A stretch of DNA of 63,680 bases, the filler included. It is 5 parts of 5 records of this genome, joined end to end, with 100 filler letters (N's around TTAATTAATTAA, not from the genome) between each part and the next. Parts side by side here need not be neighbours in the genome. Positions count along the whole stretch, not along the records: positions 49,644 to 58,298 come from SRR31147125_1779; positions 58,399 to 63,680 come from SRR31147125_1932; 3 more parts are not named here. One strand, given 5' to 3'. Position numbers and translations under genes: made by a program. The notes below the pieces were generated by a model. The model did not search any database. It saw only the letters and a program-made list of their open reading frames with translations, and was not told the origin of the DNA. How positions within the stretch are numbered: position 1 is the stretch's first letter; every line of letters begins with the position of its first letter. Positions 52,114 through 62,242 of the stretch are shown piece by piece.

Positions 52114-53817
52114 TTGAGTCGTGAAGCATGGCAACAACTGGGTCAGATTTTGACAACACGTTATTCAGTGGCTGCCACAGACATAGAATCAGCACTGGAG
52201 TCCCAACAAGGAAATGACCTGCGCTTGGGTGAAATTTTGCTGAGCAACGATGTCATTTCGGAAACAACGCTTGCTGAAGCTCTCGCAGAGCAGCAGGGAC
52301 TGGTTTTTTACCAAGAGCTTCCTGAACAATCGCAATTGGAAAACCTGCTCTCTCTGATTCCGATCGGATATGCGAAGGAAAAGAGGTTTTATCCGATTAA
52401 AAGAGCTGATGACCGTCTCTATGTTGCCGTTTCAGATCCTTTCGATTCGTCTTTGTTGAACGATTTGGGTGCGTTAACAGGGGAGACGATTGAGCCTTGT
52501 CTTGCACCACCAACCCAGATTCTCAAAGCAATCAATAAAAGTTACGAGGGAAAAGCTGGTGAAGCTCACACTGTAATCGAAGAGATTGAGGGCGATCACT
52601 CTACCGATCTTGTTAAAGATTTCGAACCGGAAGATTTGCTCGATACGTCCGACGAAGCCCCCATTATCCGTTTTGTTAACAGTCTCATAACACAGGGGTA
52701 TAAAGATCGAGCCAGTGATATTCATATCGAACCCTTTGAAAACGAGTTGATGATCCGCTATCGGATTGACGGCATTCTTTATAATGTCCTTCAACCACCT
52801 ATTAAGGCGCATGCCGGAATTGTCTCTCGAATTAAAATTATGTCTCAACTTAATATCGCCGAGAAGCGACTTCCGCAGGATGGTCGCTTAAGGGTGCGGA
52901 TTGCGGGGCAGGATATTGATGTTCGGGTGTCGACGTTGCCGACCGCCTTTGGGGAGCGTGTGGTCCTGCGACTGCTGGATAAAGCGTCCAGTATCCTCAC
53001 CCTGGAAGAAATTGGACTTAAAGATGTGCTCTTGCGCGAGGTCGCGGGAATGATCAACAAGTCGCATGGGGTTTTTCTTGTTACGGGGCCGACCGGATCC
53101 GGAAAAACAACCACGCTTTATTCCGCTTTAACACGCTTGAACCGACTCGAAAAGAACATTATTACAGTCGAAGACCCGATAGAATACCAGCTACCTGGAG
53201 TGGGACAACTTCAGGTCAATGCAAAAATCGACCTGACTTTTGCCAACGGACTAAGGTCAATTTTGCGACAAGACCCTGATGTGATCATGGTGGGAGAGAT
53301 TCGTGATCAGGAAACGGCGGAAATCGTCATTCAGTCGGCGTTGACCGGGCATATGGTTTTCTCTACGTTGCACACCAATGATGCAGCAGGTGCTCTGACA
53401 CGCCTTGTCGAAATGGGAGTAGAGCCGTTTCTAGCGTCCTCGAGCGTTGTCGGTATCCTGGCTCAAAGACTCGTTCGCAAAATCTGCCCTGCTTGCCGGG
53501 AAGAAGCGTTGCCCCCTCAAGAGTTGCTGGCCGAGCTTAAGGATGAAGGTCTTCCGGAAAACCCTGTTTTTTATGCTGGTCGTGGTTGTGAACAATGCAT
53601 GGGTATCGGTTACTGGGGGCGAACGGGGATTTATGAACTGTTGGAAATCAATGATTCGGTTCGTGATCTGCTACTGAAAAACAAGGATGCTGCAAGTATT
53701 CGTAAAATGGCAAAACTGAACGGGATGCAGCCCCTGCGTTCAGCCGGTCTGGATAAAGCCCTGCAAGGGGAGACAACACTCGAGGAAGTGCTTCGCGTGA
53801 CTCAAGAGGAGGTTTGA
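52114..53817 (+). CDS. gspE: type II secretion ATPase GspE
   Basis: ASDIHIEP, GPTGSGKTTTLY, LRQDPDVIMVGEIRD, TGH.VFSTLHTND, tetra-Cys motif. Confidence 0.97.
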   Translation: MSREAWQQLGQILTTRYSVAATDIESALESQQGNDLRLGEILLSNDVISETTLAEALAEQQGLVFYQELPEQSQLENLLSLIPIGYAKEKRFYPIKRADDRLYVAVSDPFDSSLLNDLGALTGETIEPCLAPPTQILKAINKSYEGKAGEAHTVIEEIEGDHSTDLVKDFEPEDLLDTSDEAPIIRFVNSLITQGYKDRASDIHIEPFENELMIRYRIDGILYNVLQPPIKAHAGIVSRIKIMSQLNIAEKRLPQDGRLRVRIAGQDIDVRVSTLPTAFGERVVLRLLDKASSILTLEEIGLKDVLLREVAGMINKSHGVFLVTGPTGSGKTTTLYSALTRLNRLEKNIITVEDPIEYQLPGVGQLQVNAKIDLTFANGLRSILRQDPDVIMVGEIRDQETAEIVIQSALTGHMVFSTLHTNDAAGALTRLVEMGVEPFLASSSVVGILAQRLVRKICPACREEALPPQELLAELKDEGLPENPVFYAGRGCEQCMGIGYWGRTGIYELLEINDSVRDLLLKNKDAASIRKMAKLNGMQPLRSAGLDKALQGETTLEEVLRVTQEEV

Positions 53818-53819
53818 TC

Positions 53820-55033
53820 TTGCCTTTTTTGAGTATTCCGGATTTGACGCGAAAGGACGCAAGGTCTCAGGTAAAGCGGACGGAAGCGGCTGAAGATCTG
53901 TGGTGAAAAAATTGTCCCAGCAAGGCATTTTTATCACCGACCTCAAAGAATTGACAAAATCCTCTTCAAACGGGCTTTTCACATCTTTTGGTGCGAAGCG
54001 CAAGGTGTCTGCCGCTGATCTCGCAGCATTGACACGCCAATTGGGAACCCTGTTGAGTGCCGGGATATCACTTGATGAAGCACTTCTGACATTGAGTGAA
54101 CAAACGGACCAGGTATTCATTAGCCATTCCCTCGTGGCCATCCGGGAACAGATACTTCAAGGATCTTCCTTGTACGAAGCCATGGAGCATCACCAGCGCA
54201 TTTTCCCTGATCTTTTTGTCAATATGATTCAGGTGGGAGAAAGCAGCGGTACCCTGGACCAGGTGACCTTTCAGTTGGCCGATTTTCTCGATGAGCAGGC
54301 ACGGATAAAGTCGCGTATTCAGGCAGCGACGGCTTATCCCTTTTTGATGGTCCTGGTCGGTGCTGGTGTCCTGGTTTTCCTATTTGCTTTTGTTGTGCCG
54401 AAAATAACCCTGATGCTGACAGAGATGGACCGCGCACTCCCATGGCCAACACAATTGTTGATAGGCTTCAGTGAAAGCTTCAAAAATGGATGGTATTTCA
54501 TCCTCCTGTTAGCGGTGATGTCCGTTGTCGCTTTTCGTCGGTATCGGAAAACGTCGTCCGGGCGTTATAAAACAGACAGCTTGTTGCTGAGAATTCCGAT
54601 TTTCGGCCGACTGACTCTATTTATTGCAACCGCATGGTTCTCTCGTACGCTTGGGACGTTGATCGAAAGTGGGGTGCCTCTGCTCAGAGCCCTTGATATC
54701 TCCAAAGGCCTTCTGCGAAACAGCGTCTTGAGGGATTCTGTTGAGACTGCGCGACGCCATGTACAGGAAGGAGGCTCTTTGGCCAAAAGCCTTAAAGAGT
54801 CGGCCGTGTTCCCACCCATGGTCGCTCAAATGACTGCAGCTGGTGAAAAGAGCGGCGAACTGGAACCGATGTTGAAGCGTCTGGCTGATTCCTATGATCA
54901 TCAGACGGACCTGACCATCACCCGACTCCTCTCTCTTTTGGAGCCTATATTAATTCTGCTGATGGGAGGTGTCGTCGGTTTTGTCGTCCTAGCCATTTTA
55001 TTACCGCTGTTTGAAGCCAGCCAGGGGTTTTAG
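53820..55033 (+). CDS. gspF: type II secretion platform protein GspF; 5' end disrupted (T6 at 53825-53830 one short; in-frame TGA 53891-53893)
   Basis: Reconstructed MPFFEYSGFDAKGRKVSGKADGSG*RSVVKKL; TRQLGTLLSAG, GESSGTLD, GEKSGELE.ML, LLEP. Confidence 0.9.
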
Positions 55034-55158
55034 TTGTCGGTCGGGCCGGCTGTTTATCTGGATGAAGTGTCAGGAGATCGAAGAAACTTTTTCTACCCGG
55101 GCATGGAGATATTCTCCTTTTCCCAAGTGAGAAGCAGAGAGATAATCAGGATACAAGA

Positions 55159-55677
55159 GTGCTGAGATCACGTATTGAGAAACGGCATAAAGCGTCCGGG
55201 TTTACGCTCATAGAATTGACCATCGTTCTTTTTTTAATCGGCACATTTGCGATGATTGTTCTTCCGCGTTTTTCTCATGTCGGTGAAGGGAACCTGGGGA
55301 ACTCAACGAGACGATTGTCCTGGACGATTAAGTATTTATTCAACGAAGCGGCATTGTCGTCAAAAGAACACCGCATCATTTTTAACATTAATGAAGGCAC
55401 GTACCGTGCTGCAGTTCTTGAACCTGAAGGATTCCTATCCCAAGTTGAAAGAGTGCCGGAGTTGGTTGCATTAAAGAGCGGTGTGGTTTTTGTGGATGTC
55501 TCGATTGCCGGACGGGGCTCTTATAGCGATGGTGAAGTGACATTGAGAATTCTTCCTTCTGGGTGGGTTGAAACGGCAACGGTGCATTTGAAAGATGCAG
55601 ATAGCCGAGTGCAGACGCTAAGGATTCATCCTTTGACCGGTCAGAGTACTATTTATGAGGGGTATCGAGACTTTTAA
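55159..55677 (+). CDS. gspH: minor pseudopilin GspH
   Basis: G|FTLIEL N-methylation motif; LFNEAAL; lacks the GspG core. Confidence 0.75.
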   Translation: MLRSRIEKRHKASGFTLIELTIVLFLIGTFAMIVLPRFSHVGEGNLGNSTRRLSWTIKYLFNEAALSSKEHRIIFNINEGTYRAAVLEPEGFLSQVERVPELVALKSGVVFVDVSIAGRGSYSDGEVTLRILPSGWVETATVHLKDADSRVQTLRIHPLTGQSTIYEGYRDF

Positions 55678-55746
55678 TTTTGCTCCCATTTTGTAAGGTT
55701 AACAAAGTGTTGCGCCTGCTTTCCAGTTTTGTAACGGATAAGGTTT

Positions 55747-56151
55747 ATGTCAACGTTTGCCACCATTGATCGAGCCGAGACGGTTAAAAATGATCCCGCA
55801 GCCGGGTTTTCTTTGCTTGAAGTGATGATTGCCATGGCCATCATCAGCATCGCCCTGATTTCCCTTCAGGCACTGAACAATCGAACAATTGCGACCCACT
55901 CTTATCTGCAGAAAATGACACAAGCAACAATGTTGGCACAATATAAGATGACTGAAATAGAGGTTCAGGCAGAGGCGGCTCTTATGGATGATGAGACGCA
56001 GGGTTTTTTTGATACGCCCCACGATCAATATGAGTGGCAGGTGAGTTTCCGTGAGACGCCTTTAGCCTCTGTACGCATGGTGACGGTTGAAGTCGCTTGG
56101 GGAGATAAAGATAGGAATGAATTTGTATCCATTGATTCTTTCATCTTCTGA
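55747..56151 (+). CDS. gspI: minor pseudopilin GspI
   Basis: G|FSLLEVMIAMAI, ATMLAQYKM.EIE, V.VEVAW. Confidence 0.82.
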   Translation: MSTFATIDRAETVKNDPAAGFSLLEVMIAMAIISIALISLQALNNRTIATHSYLQKMTQATMLAQYKMTEIEVQAEAALMDDETQGFFDTPHDQYEWQVSFRETPLASVRMVTVEVAWGDKDRNEFVSIDSFIF

Positions 56152-56752
56152 TCGCTCTAAAGGGTTCACTCTGGTTGAGGTTTTGGTGGCCGTGACTATT
56201 TTTTCTCTGGCGATCGCTTCCATTTATGGAGTTTTTGCGTCCATCAGTGGCACAAAAGATAAACTCGATAGTAACAGTGAAACATTTCATCAGGCCCGGG
56301 TTGTATTCGATCGGATTGGTCGCGAAATTCAGGGGATTTACCGACATAGCGATGATGACCTGAGTGTGTTAGAAGGCGGTCTGAGTGAAGAGGGGCATGT
56401 GTTTCTTGAGTTGAGTACCACCGCGGCTTCTTTTGTTGCTGATGGTGATTCCGGTTTTGTTAGCGTCAGATATGAACTGATCATCGATTCTGAAAGTGAC
56501 GATGGGCGTTATGTTCTATTAAGGACCGAAAAACCCCTGCTCAGTCTTCAGGATGTGCTACCGATGCAATTTGCAACCGGCATTAAGGATTTCAACCTCC
56601 GCTATTTCTCAAACGATTCATGGAGTCAACAGTGGAATTATGAGCAGCAGGGATTTCCCGAGTTCCTTGAGGTGTCTCTGGTTGGTTTCGATAAGGGAGG
56701 AGAAGAGATTTCTTTTGTGACGGCATTTACATTCCCGAGCGTTGGTTCTTAG
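56117..56752 (+). CDS. gspJ: minor pseudopilin GspJ
   Basis: G|FTLVEVLVA, AR..FDRIGREI, F..RYF....W...W.....P. Confidence 0.82.
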   Translation: MNLYPLILSSSDRSKGFTLVEVLVAVTIFSLAIASIYGVFASISGTKDKLDSNSETFHQARVVFDRIGREIQGIYRHSDDDLSVLEGGLSEEGHVFLELSTTAASFVADGDSGFVSVRYELIIDSESDDGRYVLLRTEKPLLSLQDVLPMQFATGIKDFNLRYFSNDSWSQQWNYEQQGFPEFLEVSLVGFDKGGEEISFVTAFTFPSVGS

Positions 56753-56756
56753 TCAC

Positions 56757-57712
56757 ATGAAAAAAAAGACAGTGAAAGAGGAATGGCTTTGTTGCTGGTT
56801 CTGGTCGTTGTTACCCTGTTAACGGCTCTGTTGATGGAACTTTCATACTCGACGTTGATTGAGCAACGACTTGTTGAGACGTTTCGGGATCGAACAAGGG
56901 CGTATTTTCTCGCTCGGGGTGGGATTACAGCAGGGCAGAAGCTGCTTTTGACGGATACAAACAGTTATGATGCCCACTCAGAGCTCTGGAGTTCCGGACT
57001 GAGTAACTATCCGGTCGGGGACGGTTTCGTGTCTTTGACCATCAAAGATCAGGATGGCAAGCTGGCTGTTAATTCTCTGGTGCGGGGGAACAATCCGCAA
57101 ACGTTTGCCGTGGATCGTTTTTATCGGCTTCTGTTATCGCTTGAGATCGACCAGCCCGCTGAGTTGACAGCGGCTGTTGTTGACTGGCTCGACACGGGTG
57201 ATGAACCGTATCAATTGATCCAGACGGATGGGCTCGATATTCCCGTTGCGGGTGCAGAAAGTACTTATTACCAAGGTTTGGAGTCTCCCTACAGGTGCAA
57301 GAATGGGCCGCTGGCATCACTCAATGAACTGATGCTGATCAAGGGGGTCAGCGAGGATGTGTTCAAGGTGATCAGCCCCTATTTAGCTGCGACTGATAAT
57401 AAACAGATAAATCTTAATACCGCTGAGCGTGAAGTGCTTCTCTCTCTCAGTTCAAAAATCGAAGAACAAACCGTTGATCTGATTATTGAGGTGCGGAATA
57501 ACGCTCCCATAGAAGCCGTTGTAAGTTTAAAGGCGGTGTTGGACGCTGATCAGTACAGTGTATTGAAATCGCTTGCTAACCAAAAGTTATTGGGGACTGT
57601 CAGCCACTATTATAAAATTTCTGTTGAGGCCATGGTCAATGATGGACGGCGCTCTCTCGAAACGTGGTTTAATAAAGAAGATAATGTCTTATCTTATATA
57701 AGGACTATTTAA
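56757..57712 (+). CDS. gspK: minor pseudopilin GspK (A8 at 56760-56767 one short)
   Basis: Restored leader MKKKDSERG|MALLLVL; I.DQDGKL..NSL, DWLD, GAE..YY, NLNTA. Confidence 0.9.
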
Positions 57713-57717
57713 CGATA

Positions 57718-58298
57718 ATGAAAAAGCGCTATTTCGGGTTGGATATAGGACAAAACGGCTGTTTTTTAACTCTTCTGGAATACGAAAAAAGGAGTTGAGG
57801 AGGGCCAGTTTTTATCCGCTCAGAAACAGGACGTTATTGAATCGCTGACGGAACTGTTTGACAGCATAGAAAACGATCTCGACATTCGTGATCGAATTGC
57901 AACAGCAATCCCTTCCAAGGCTGCATTTGTCCGTAAGTTAGAATTGCCGATTCGGGACAGAAAAAAATAGCGGCTGCCGTTCCCTTTTCTCTCAGTTCCC
58001 AAATTCCGGTTACGATCGAAAGTTGTGCGACCAGTGCCATTGTCACGGGTAAAAATTCTGATGGGGGGTCACATATCACCGCGGCGGCGATTCCACAGAG
58101 GATGATTGAGTCTCTTCTGGAAACCACCGGGCAAATTGGCATTCCATTGCATGTCATCGATTTAAAACCCTTCTCTTTGATCCCGCTGGTCACCGAGAAA
58201 ACCAAAGATGCAGTGCTCATTGGCGTAGATTCCGATGAAACAACGATCAGCCTCATACGCTCCGGAGAGTTGACGGACTATCGACTTCTCCCAAAAAA
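57718..58298 (+). CDS. gspL: GspL/PilM-like cytoplasmic domain (3' truncated; three homopolymer frameshifts near 57785, 57809, 57961)
   Basis: MKKRYFGLDIG start; shifted frames give AFVRKLELPIRDRKK then IAAAVPFSLSSQIPV; position after gspK. Confidence 0.75.
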
Positions 58299-58398
58299 NN
58301 NNNNNNNNNNNNNNNNNNNNNNNNNNNNNNNNNNNNNNNNNNTTAATTAATTAANNNNNNNNNNNNNNNNNNNNNNNNNNNNNNNNNNNNNNNNNNNN
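58299..58398. other. artificial contig linker
   Basis: N44-TTAATTAATTAA-N44. Confidence 0.99.
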
Positions 58399-59174
58399 GT
58401 TGATGCACCGGCGACAATGCCTATTATACCATCATTACGTATTATTTCAAGTAATACTTCACTTATTTCTTCAATATAATATACACTTTTACAATATCTT
58501 TGGCATAATTCGTATAATTTCCTTGTATTTGAACTATTTTTGTCGCCTACGACTACTATTTTATCGCACTTTTTAGCAAGCTGCTTAGCTTCTTCCTGCC
58601 TTTCTTTGGTTGCACTGCATATACTGCAGAATAAACTTATATCACTTATTTTATTCTTTAATTGTTTTGTTATACCTGACCATTTCTCTTCTGTCAGTGT
58701 CGTTTGCGCAACAACAACAGCTTTTTTAATGTTCGGCAGCTTCTCTATATCTTCTTCAGAATACACAACATAAGTATTGTCACCTGCCCATCCGACTATT
58801 CCTACAACTTCGGGATGACCTTTTTCGCCGATTATGATAACAGGAATATTAGATTCTTTTGCTACTTGCACTCTTTTATGAATAGCTTTGACATGTGGAC
58901 ATGTAGCATCAATGAATTCTATGTTTTTGCTTCTTAATTCTTTATATGTCTGTTCTGGAATTCCGTGTGACCTGATAACGACTGTTTCCCCAGGTTGTAT
59001 TTCATCCGAGGATTCAACATACCTGACGCCTCTTCTTTTGAGAGATTCTACAACATTTTTGTTGTGAATTAAAGGGCCGAGTGTGACGATGTTTTTCTCT
59101 ATATTGTTTTCTACCGCTTCTACGGCTCTTTGCACTCCATAGCAGAAGCCGGCATTCTTTGCTAAAATTATCAC
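58399..59174 (-). CDS. ispH: 4-hydroxy-3-methylbut-2-enyl diphosphate reductase (3' truncated)
   Basis: AGFCYGVQRA, LIHN, DATCPHV, AQTT, ICSAT.ERQ, SSNT.KL, AGAS. Confidence 0.96.
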
Positions 59175-59762
59175 TACTTAAACTTAGTTTCCTTCATATC
59201 TTTAACTTTATTTTCGAGAAATTCTGTCGCTTTGGCAACTGTTGTTGTATTTGTTTTATCACCAACATAATCTGAAAGCTGTACAGGCTCTCCTATTATC
59301 ATTGTCATTCGACGGAAAAACTTGTATTCTCCTTTTATATATAGGTATAACAGGAGCTTTGTTCTTTAGCGCTATCATTGAAGTGCCCGGCTCAAATTTC
59401 CTCAGGCCAGCGCCTTTTACACGTGTGCCTTCCGGGAAAATGCCAAGCAGCTTTTCTTTTCTTAAGACGTTAAATGCGTGGCGTATTGCAGGAAGGTCGC
59501 CCTCGCCCCTTCGTACCGGAAATGTCTTGACTAACGTAAAAAAGAACTTCAGGAATTTGTTTTTAAACAGCTCTATTTTACCCATCCAGTAAATCTGCCG
59601 CCTAAACATTACGGCAATAAAAAGAGGGTCCCACATGCTTAGGTGGTTGCTTATAATAACTGCTCTGCCTTTAACTCTTGTGTTTTTTCTTCCTATTATT
59701 TTTGGTAAAAATAAAAGATATATGATAGGTGTGCCAATAAATTTCAAGATTTGGTACATCAT
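59174..59762 (-). CDS. plsC: 1-acyl-sn-glycerol-3-phosphate acyltransferase (apparent 2-bp loss in the TA repeat 59336-59343)
   Basis: NHLSMWD, FPVRR, IFPEGTR; corrected frame IYIKGEYKFFRRMTMIIGEP ends at a TAG overlapping the ispH GTG. Confidence 0.9.
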
Positions 59763-60421
59763 GCCTTCTCCTGGTCTATGTAGTCTAGTACAGCGTTTAT
59801 TGCTTCATCTATCGTGAGGTTTGTCGTGTCTATAAGAACTGCGTCATCAGCACGCTTCAGCGGAGCCATTTCCCTGTGAGAATCGTTATAATCCCGTTGT
59901 TTCATTTCGCTCAGCACTTCTTCAAATGATTGAACAAGCCCCTTTTCTGCGTTCTCTTTATACCTTCTTTTTGCACGCTCGTTGACATCAGCAGTAACGT
60001 AAAACTTGAATTCTGCGTTTGGCAGAACGTACGTGCCGATGTCTCTGCCGTCCAGCACTATGTCATAGTTTTCTGCAACTTTTCGCTGCATATCAACCAG
60101 CTTATATCTAACACAAGGATACGCTGATATATCAGAAGCCGCTTTTGAAATCTGCGGTGTCCTTATATACGGCATAACGTTTTTACCTTCAAAAATATTG
60201 TGCTGTACACCGTCTATATATATTGTTTCAAATTCTGTGTTGTTCATAAGATCCTCAACCATAGCTCCGTTTGAAATGTCCGTACCTCTTTTAACAGCGG
60301 CATATGCAGCGCATCTGTACATAGAGCCTGTGTCGAGGTAGTAGATTCCGAGTTTTTCTGCAATTGCTTTTGCAAGTGTACTTTTGCCTGAACCCGCCGG
60401 TCCGTCTATCGCTATCTTCAT
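59759..60421 (-). CDS. cmk: cytidylate kinase
   Basis: IAIDGPAGSGKST, LDTGSMYR, DGRDIGT, RD..DS.R. Confidence 0.97.
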   Translation of the reverse strand: MKIAIDGPAGSGKSTLAKAIAEKLGIYYLDTGSMYRCAAYAAVKRGTDISNGAMVEDLMNNTEFETIYIDGVQHNIFEGKNVMPYIRTPQISKAASDISAYPCVRYKLVDMQRKVAENYDIVLDGRDIGTYVLPNAEFKFYVTADVNERAKRRYKENAEKGLVQSFEEVLSEMKQRDYNDSHREMAPLKRADDAVLIDTTNLTIDEAINAVLDYIDQEKA

Positions 60422-60828
60422 ATTACTCTATGCCCCAATCCAATCGCTACTTCGTTAAGGTGTAAAAGCCCGATACCAAAAAACACAGCAACCGCTACGT
60501 GTTCGCTGTATCTTGCAATACCTATTTTACCGCCGACATTAAGACCAATTGCTTTTGACTGTATCTGTGAAATGGCTTCTCGTACAGCACCCGCAACAGC
60601 GCCTTCTTCGTGATGGGTTTCACCAATAATATTTTCACGTTTTGCAGCTACAACAGTGCACTCTACAATTCTCATTGTGGAAGGAACGAACTCACCTCCA
60701 AAATCAACAGCAGCTACTATAACACCTTTTTCACCATAGCGGCCTTTTAACATCTTCTCTTCTTCTCTTGATGAAGAAAGAGCAAGCCGTATTGCTGCCT
60801 TTGCAGTGTCTTTGCTTCCCGGTAACAT
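60418..60828 (-). CDS. hutP: HutP family RNA-binding protein
   Basis: AAKRE.II...HHEEGAVAGA.REA, GGKIGIAR..EH.AVAVF..IG..HL; ATG after RBS GGAGG. Confidence 0.85.
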   Translation of the reverse strand: MLPGSKDTAKAAIRLALSSSREEEKMLKGRYGEKGVIVAAVDFGGEFVPSTMRIVECTVVAAKRENIIGETHHEEGAVAGAVREAISQIQSKAIGLNVGGKIGIARYSEHVAVAVFFGIGLLHLNEVAIGLGHRVI

Positions 60829-61017
60829 CACTTTTCCTCCCATTTCCTTTGAGTTTATTATATAGAACTTACATGTAATTAACAATATAAAAAATATTAC
60901 TAAATGATAAATATTGCTATCACAGCTTTGTTTGAAACTTAATTTGGTCCTTTTTATAATGTTCAAAATGGATATTTATTTTCAATGAATATATAAATAG
61001 TAAGAGTAAATAAACAC

Positions 61018-61260
61018 TTACTTTGTTACTATGAGTTTTATCTTTTCTATTCTGGTTAACTTCTTTATTTCGCATTCACGTTTAAGCGCATCGCTCTTGG
61101 TTTTATGCTCTTCATAATATTCTAGATGTACAGGTCGTCTTGACCTTGTATATTTGCTTGCTACACCTTCGTTGTGAAGGTGTATTCTGTTCTCCAGATC
61201 ATTTGTATAGCCGGTATAGAGAGTGTTGTCGTTGCATCTTACAATATAGACATAGTACAT
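61018..61260 (-). CDS. GIY-YIG nuclease family protein (YazA/UPF0213-like)
   Basis: YVYIVRC.D.TLYTGYTNDL..R...HN.G..SKYTR.RRP, ALKRE..IKKL. Confidence 0.92.
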   Translation of the reverse strand: MYYVYIVRCNDNTLYTGYTNDLENRIHLHNEGVASKYTRSRRPVHLEYYEEHKTKSDALKRECEIKKLTRIEKIKLIVTK

Positions 61261-62100
61261 TTATTTATACAGGTAAAGTATGCCGAGAGTGCCAGGACCG
61301 CAGTGAGTTGATATCGTTGCGGAAGCGTCAGTTATATACACATTCTTATATCCGAAATCTTCTTCCAGTTGTTTTTTAACATCTGCCGCTTCTTTTGCCA
61401 TGCAGTGAGTTACAAAGATCCGCTTTGGATCTATTTTACTGGTATCTACCATCACGTGGTCATAATATTTCTTAATATAGTTTTTTCCACGAAGCTTGTC
61501 ACCTGGAACTATTTTGCCGTCTTTCAATTCTAAAATAGGCTTTATCTTTAGACTTGTTCCCATTATTGAAGATAGCCTTGAACACCTGCCGCCCATGTAT
61601 AAATACTTTAGAGTATCTACTATAAAGCTGGCATGCACTTTATTCTGCAGTGACTCTGCATATTCGCTTACTTCTTTTAAACTGGCGCCCTGTCTTGACT
61701 TGTCTGCTGCTTCAAGCAGTATAAGAGCTGTACCAGTAGAAAGGCTTCTTGAATCTACTATAGATATCCTTTCCGGGTCAAGCATGTTTGAAGCTGTGAT
61801 TGCGCTTTGCATAGTAGCGGAAAGCTCGCTTGAAATGCCTGTAAAGAAGACGTCATAATCTTGTTCCAGCCATTTTGAAAAGACACTTTCAAACTCGAAC
61901 TCGTTTACAGCAGCCGACTTTGGAAGAGTCCCTGTTTTGTCTGCATATTCGAACAGGTCTTTTGCGCTTATATGTCCGTCATCTAAATGGTCGTCTTCGC
62001 CAAGGAGGACGTGCAGAGGAACTACTTCTATATCGTATTCTTCAATCAGCGATTGCGGAAGGTCACAGGTGCTGTCGGTAATAAACTTTATTTTTCTCAT
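61261..62100 (-). CDS. DegV/FakB family fatty-acid-binding protein
   Basis: ITDSTCDL, ISSELS, VDSRSLS, L.YL..GGR, IKPIL, HCGPG.LG. Confidence 0.93.
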   Translation of the reverse strand: MRKIKFITDSTCDLPQSLIEEYDIEVVPLHVLLGEDDHLDDGHISAKDLFEYADKTGTLPKSAAVNEFEFESVFSKWLEQDYDVFFTGISSELSATMQSAITASNMLDPERISIVDSRSLSTGTALILLEAADKSRQGASLKEVSEYAESLQNKVHASFIVDTLKYLYMGGRCSRLSSIMGTSLKIKPILELKDGKIVPGDKLRGKNYIKKYYDHVMVDTSKIDPKRIFVTHCMAKEAADVKKQLEEDFGYKNVYITDASATISTHCGPGTLGILYLYK

Positions 62101-62242
62101 AAACAACATCTCCAATAGAATAATAAGTATATATGATAACGTGTAATAATTTGTATTATTATATCAAATGTAAAGATGTTTGTCTAAGCAAAACATCATA
62201 ATTGACTAAACATAATTATATTTTATGATTATATAAAACGCA

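Noticed and set aside
53891..53893. Selenocysteine or genetic-code reassignment at the gspF TGA
   Set aside because: Not a Cys or catalytic position as far as I can judge, no evident SECIS, and neighbouring genes use TGA as stop
732..59343. Programmed frameshifting or phase variation in the split genes
   Set aside because: Same bias toward lost bases in unrelated organisms and in housekeeping genes, in short runs of 8 nt or less; sequencing error is far simpler
61018..61260. GIY-YIG as a homing endonuclease or mobile intron
   Set aside because: 80-aa stand-alone YazA-type protein abutting degV; no interrupted host gene
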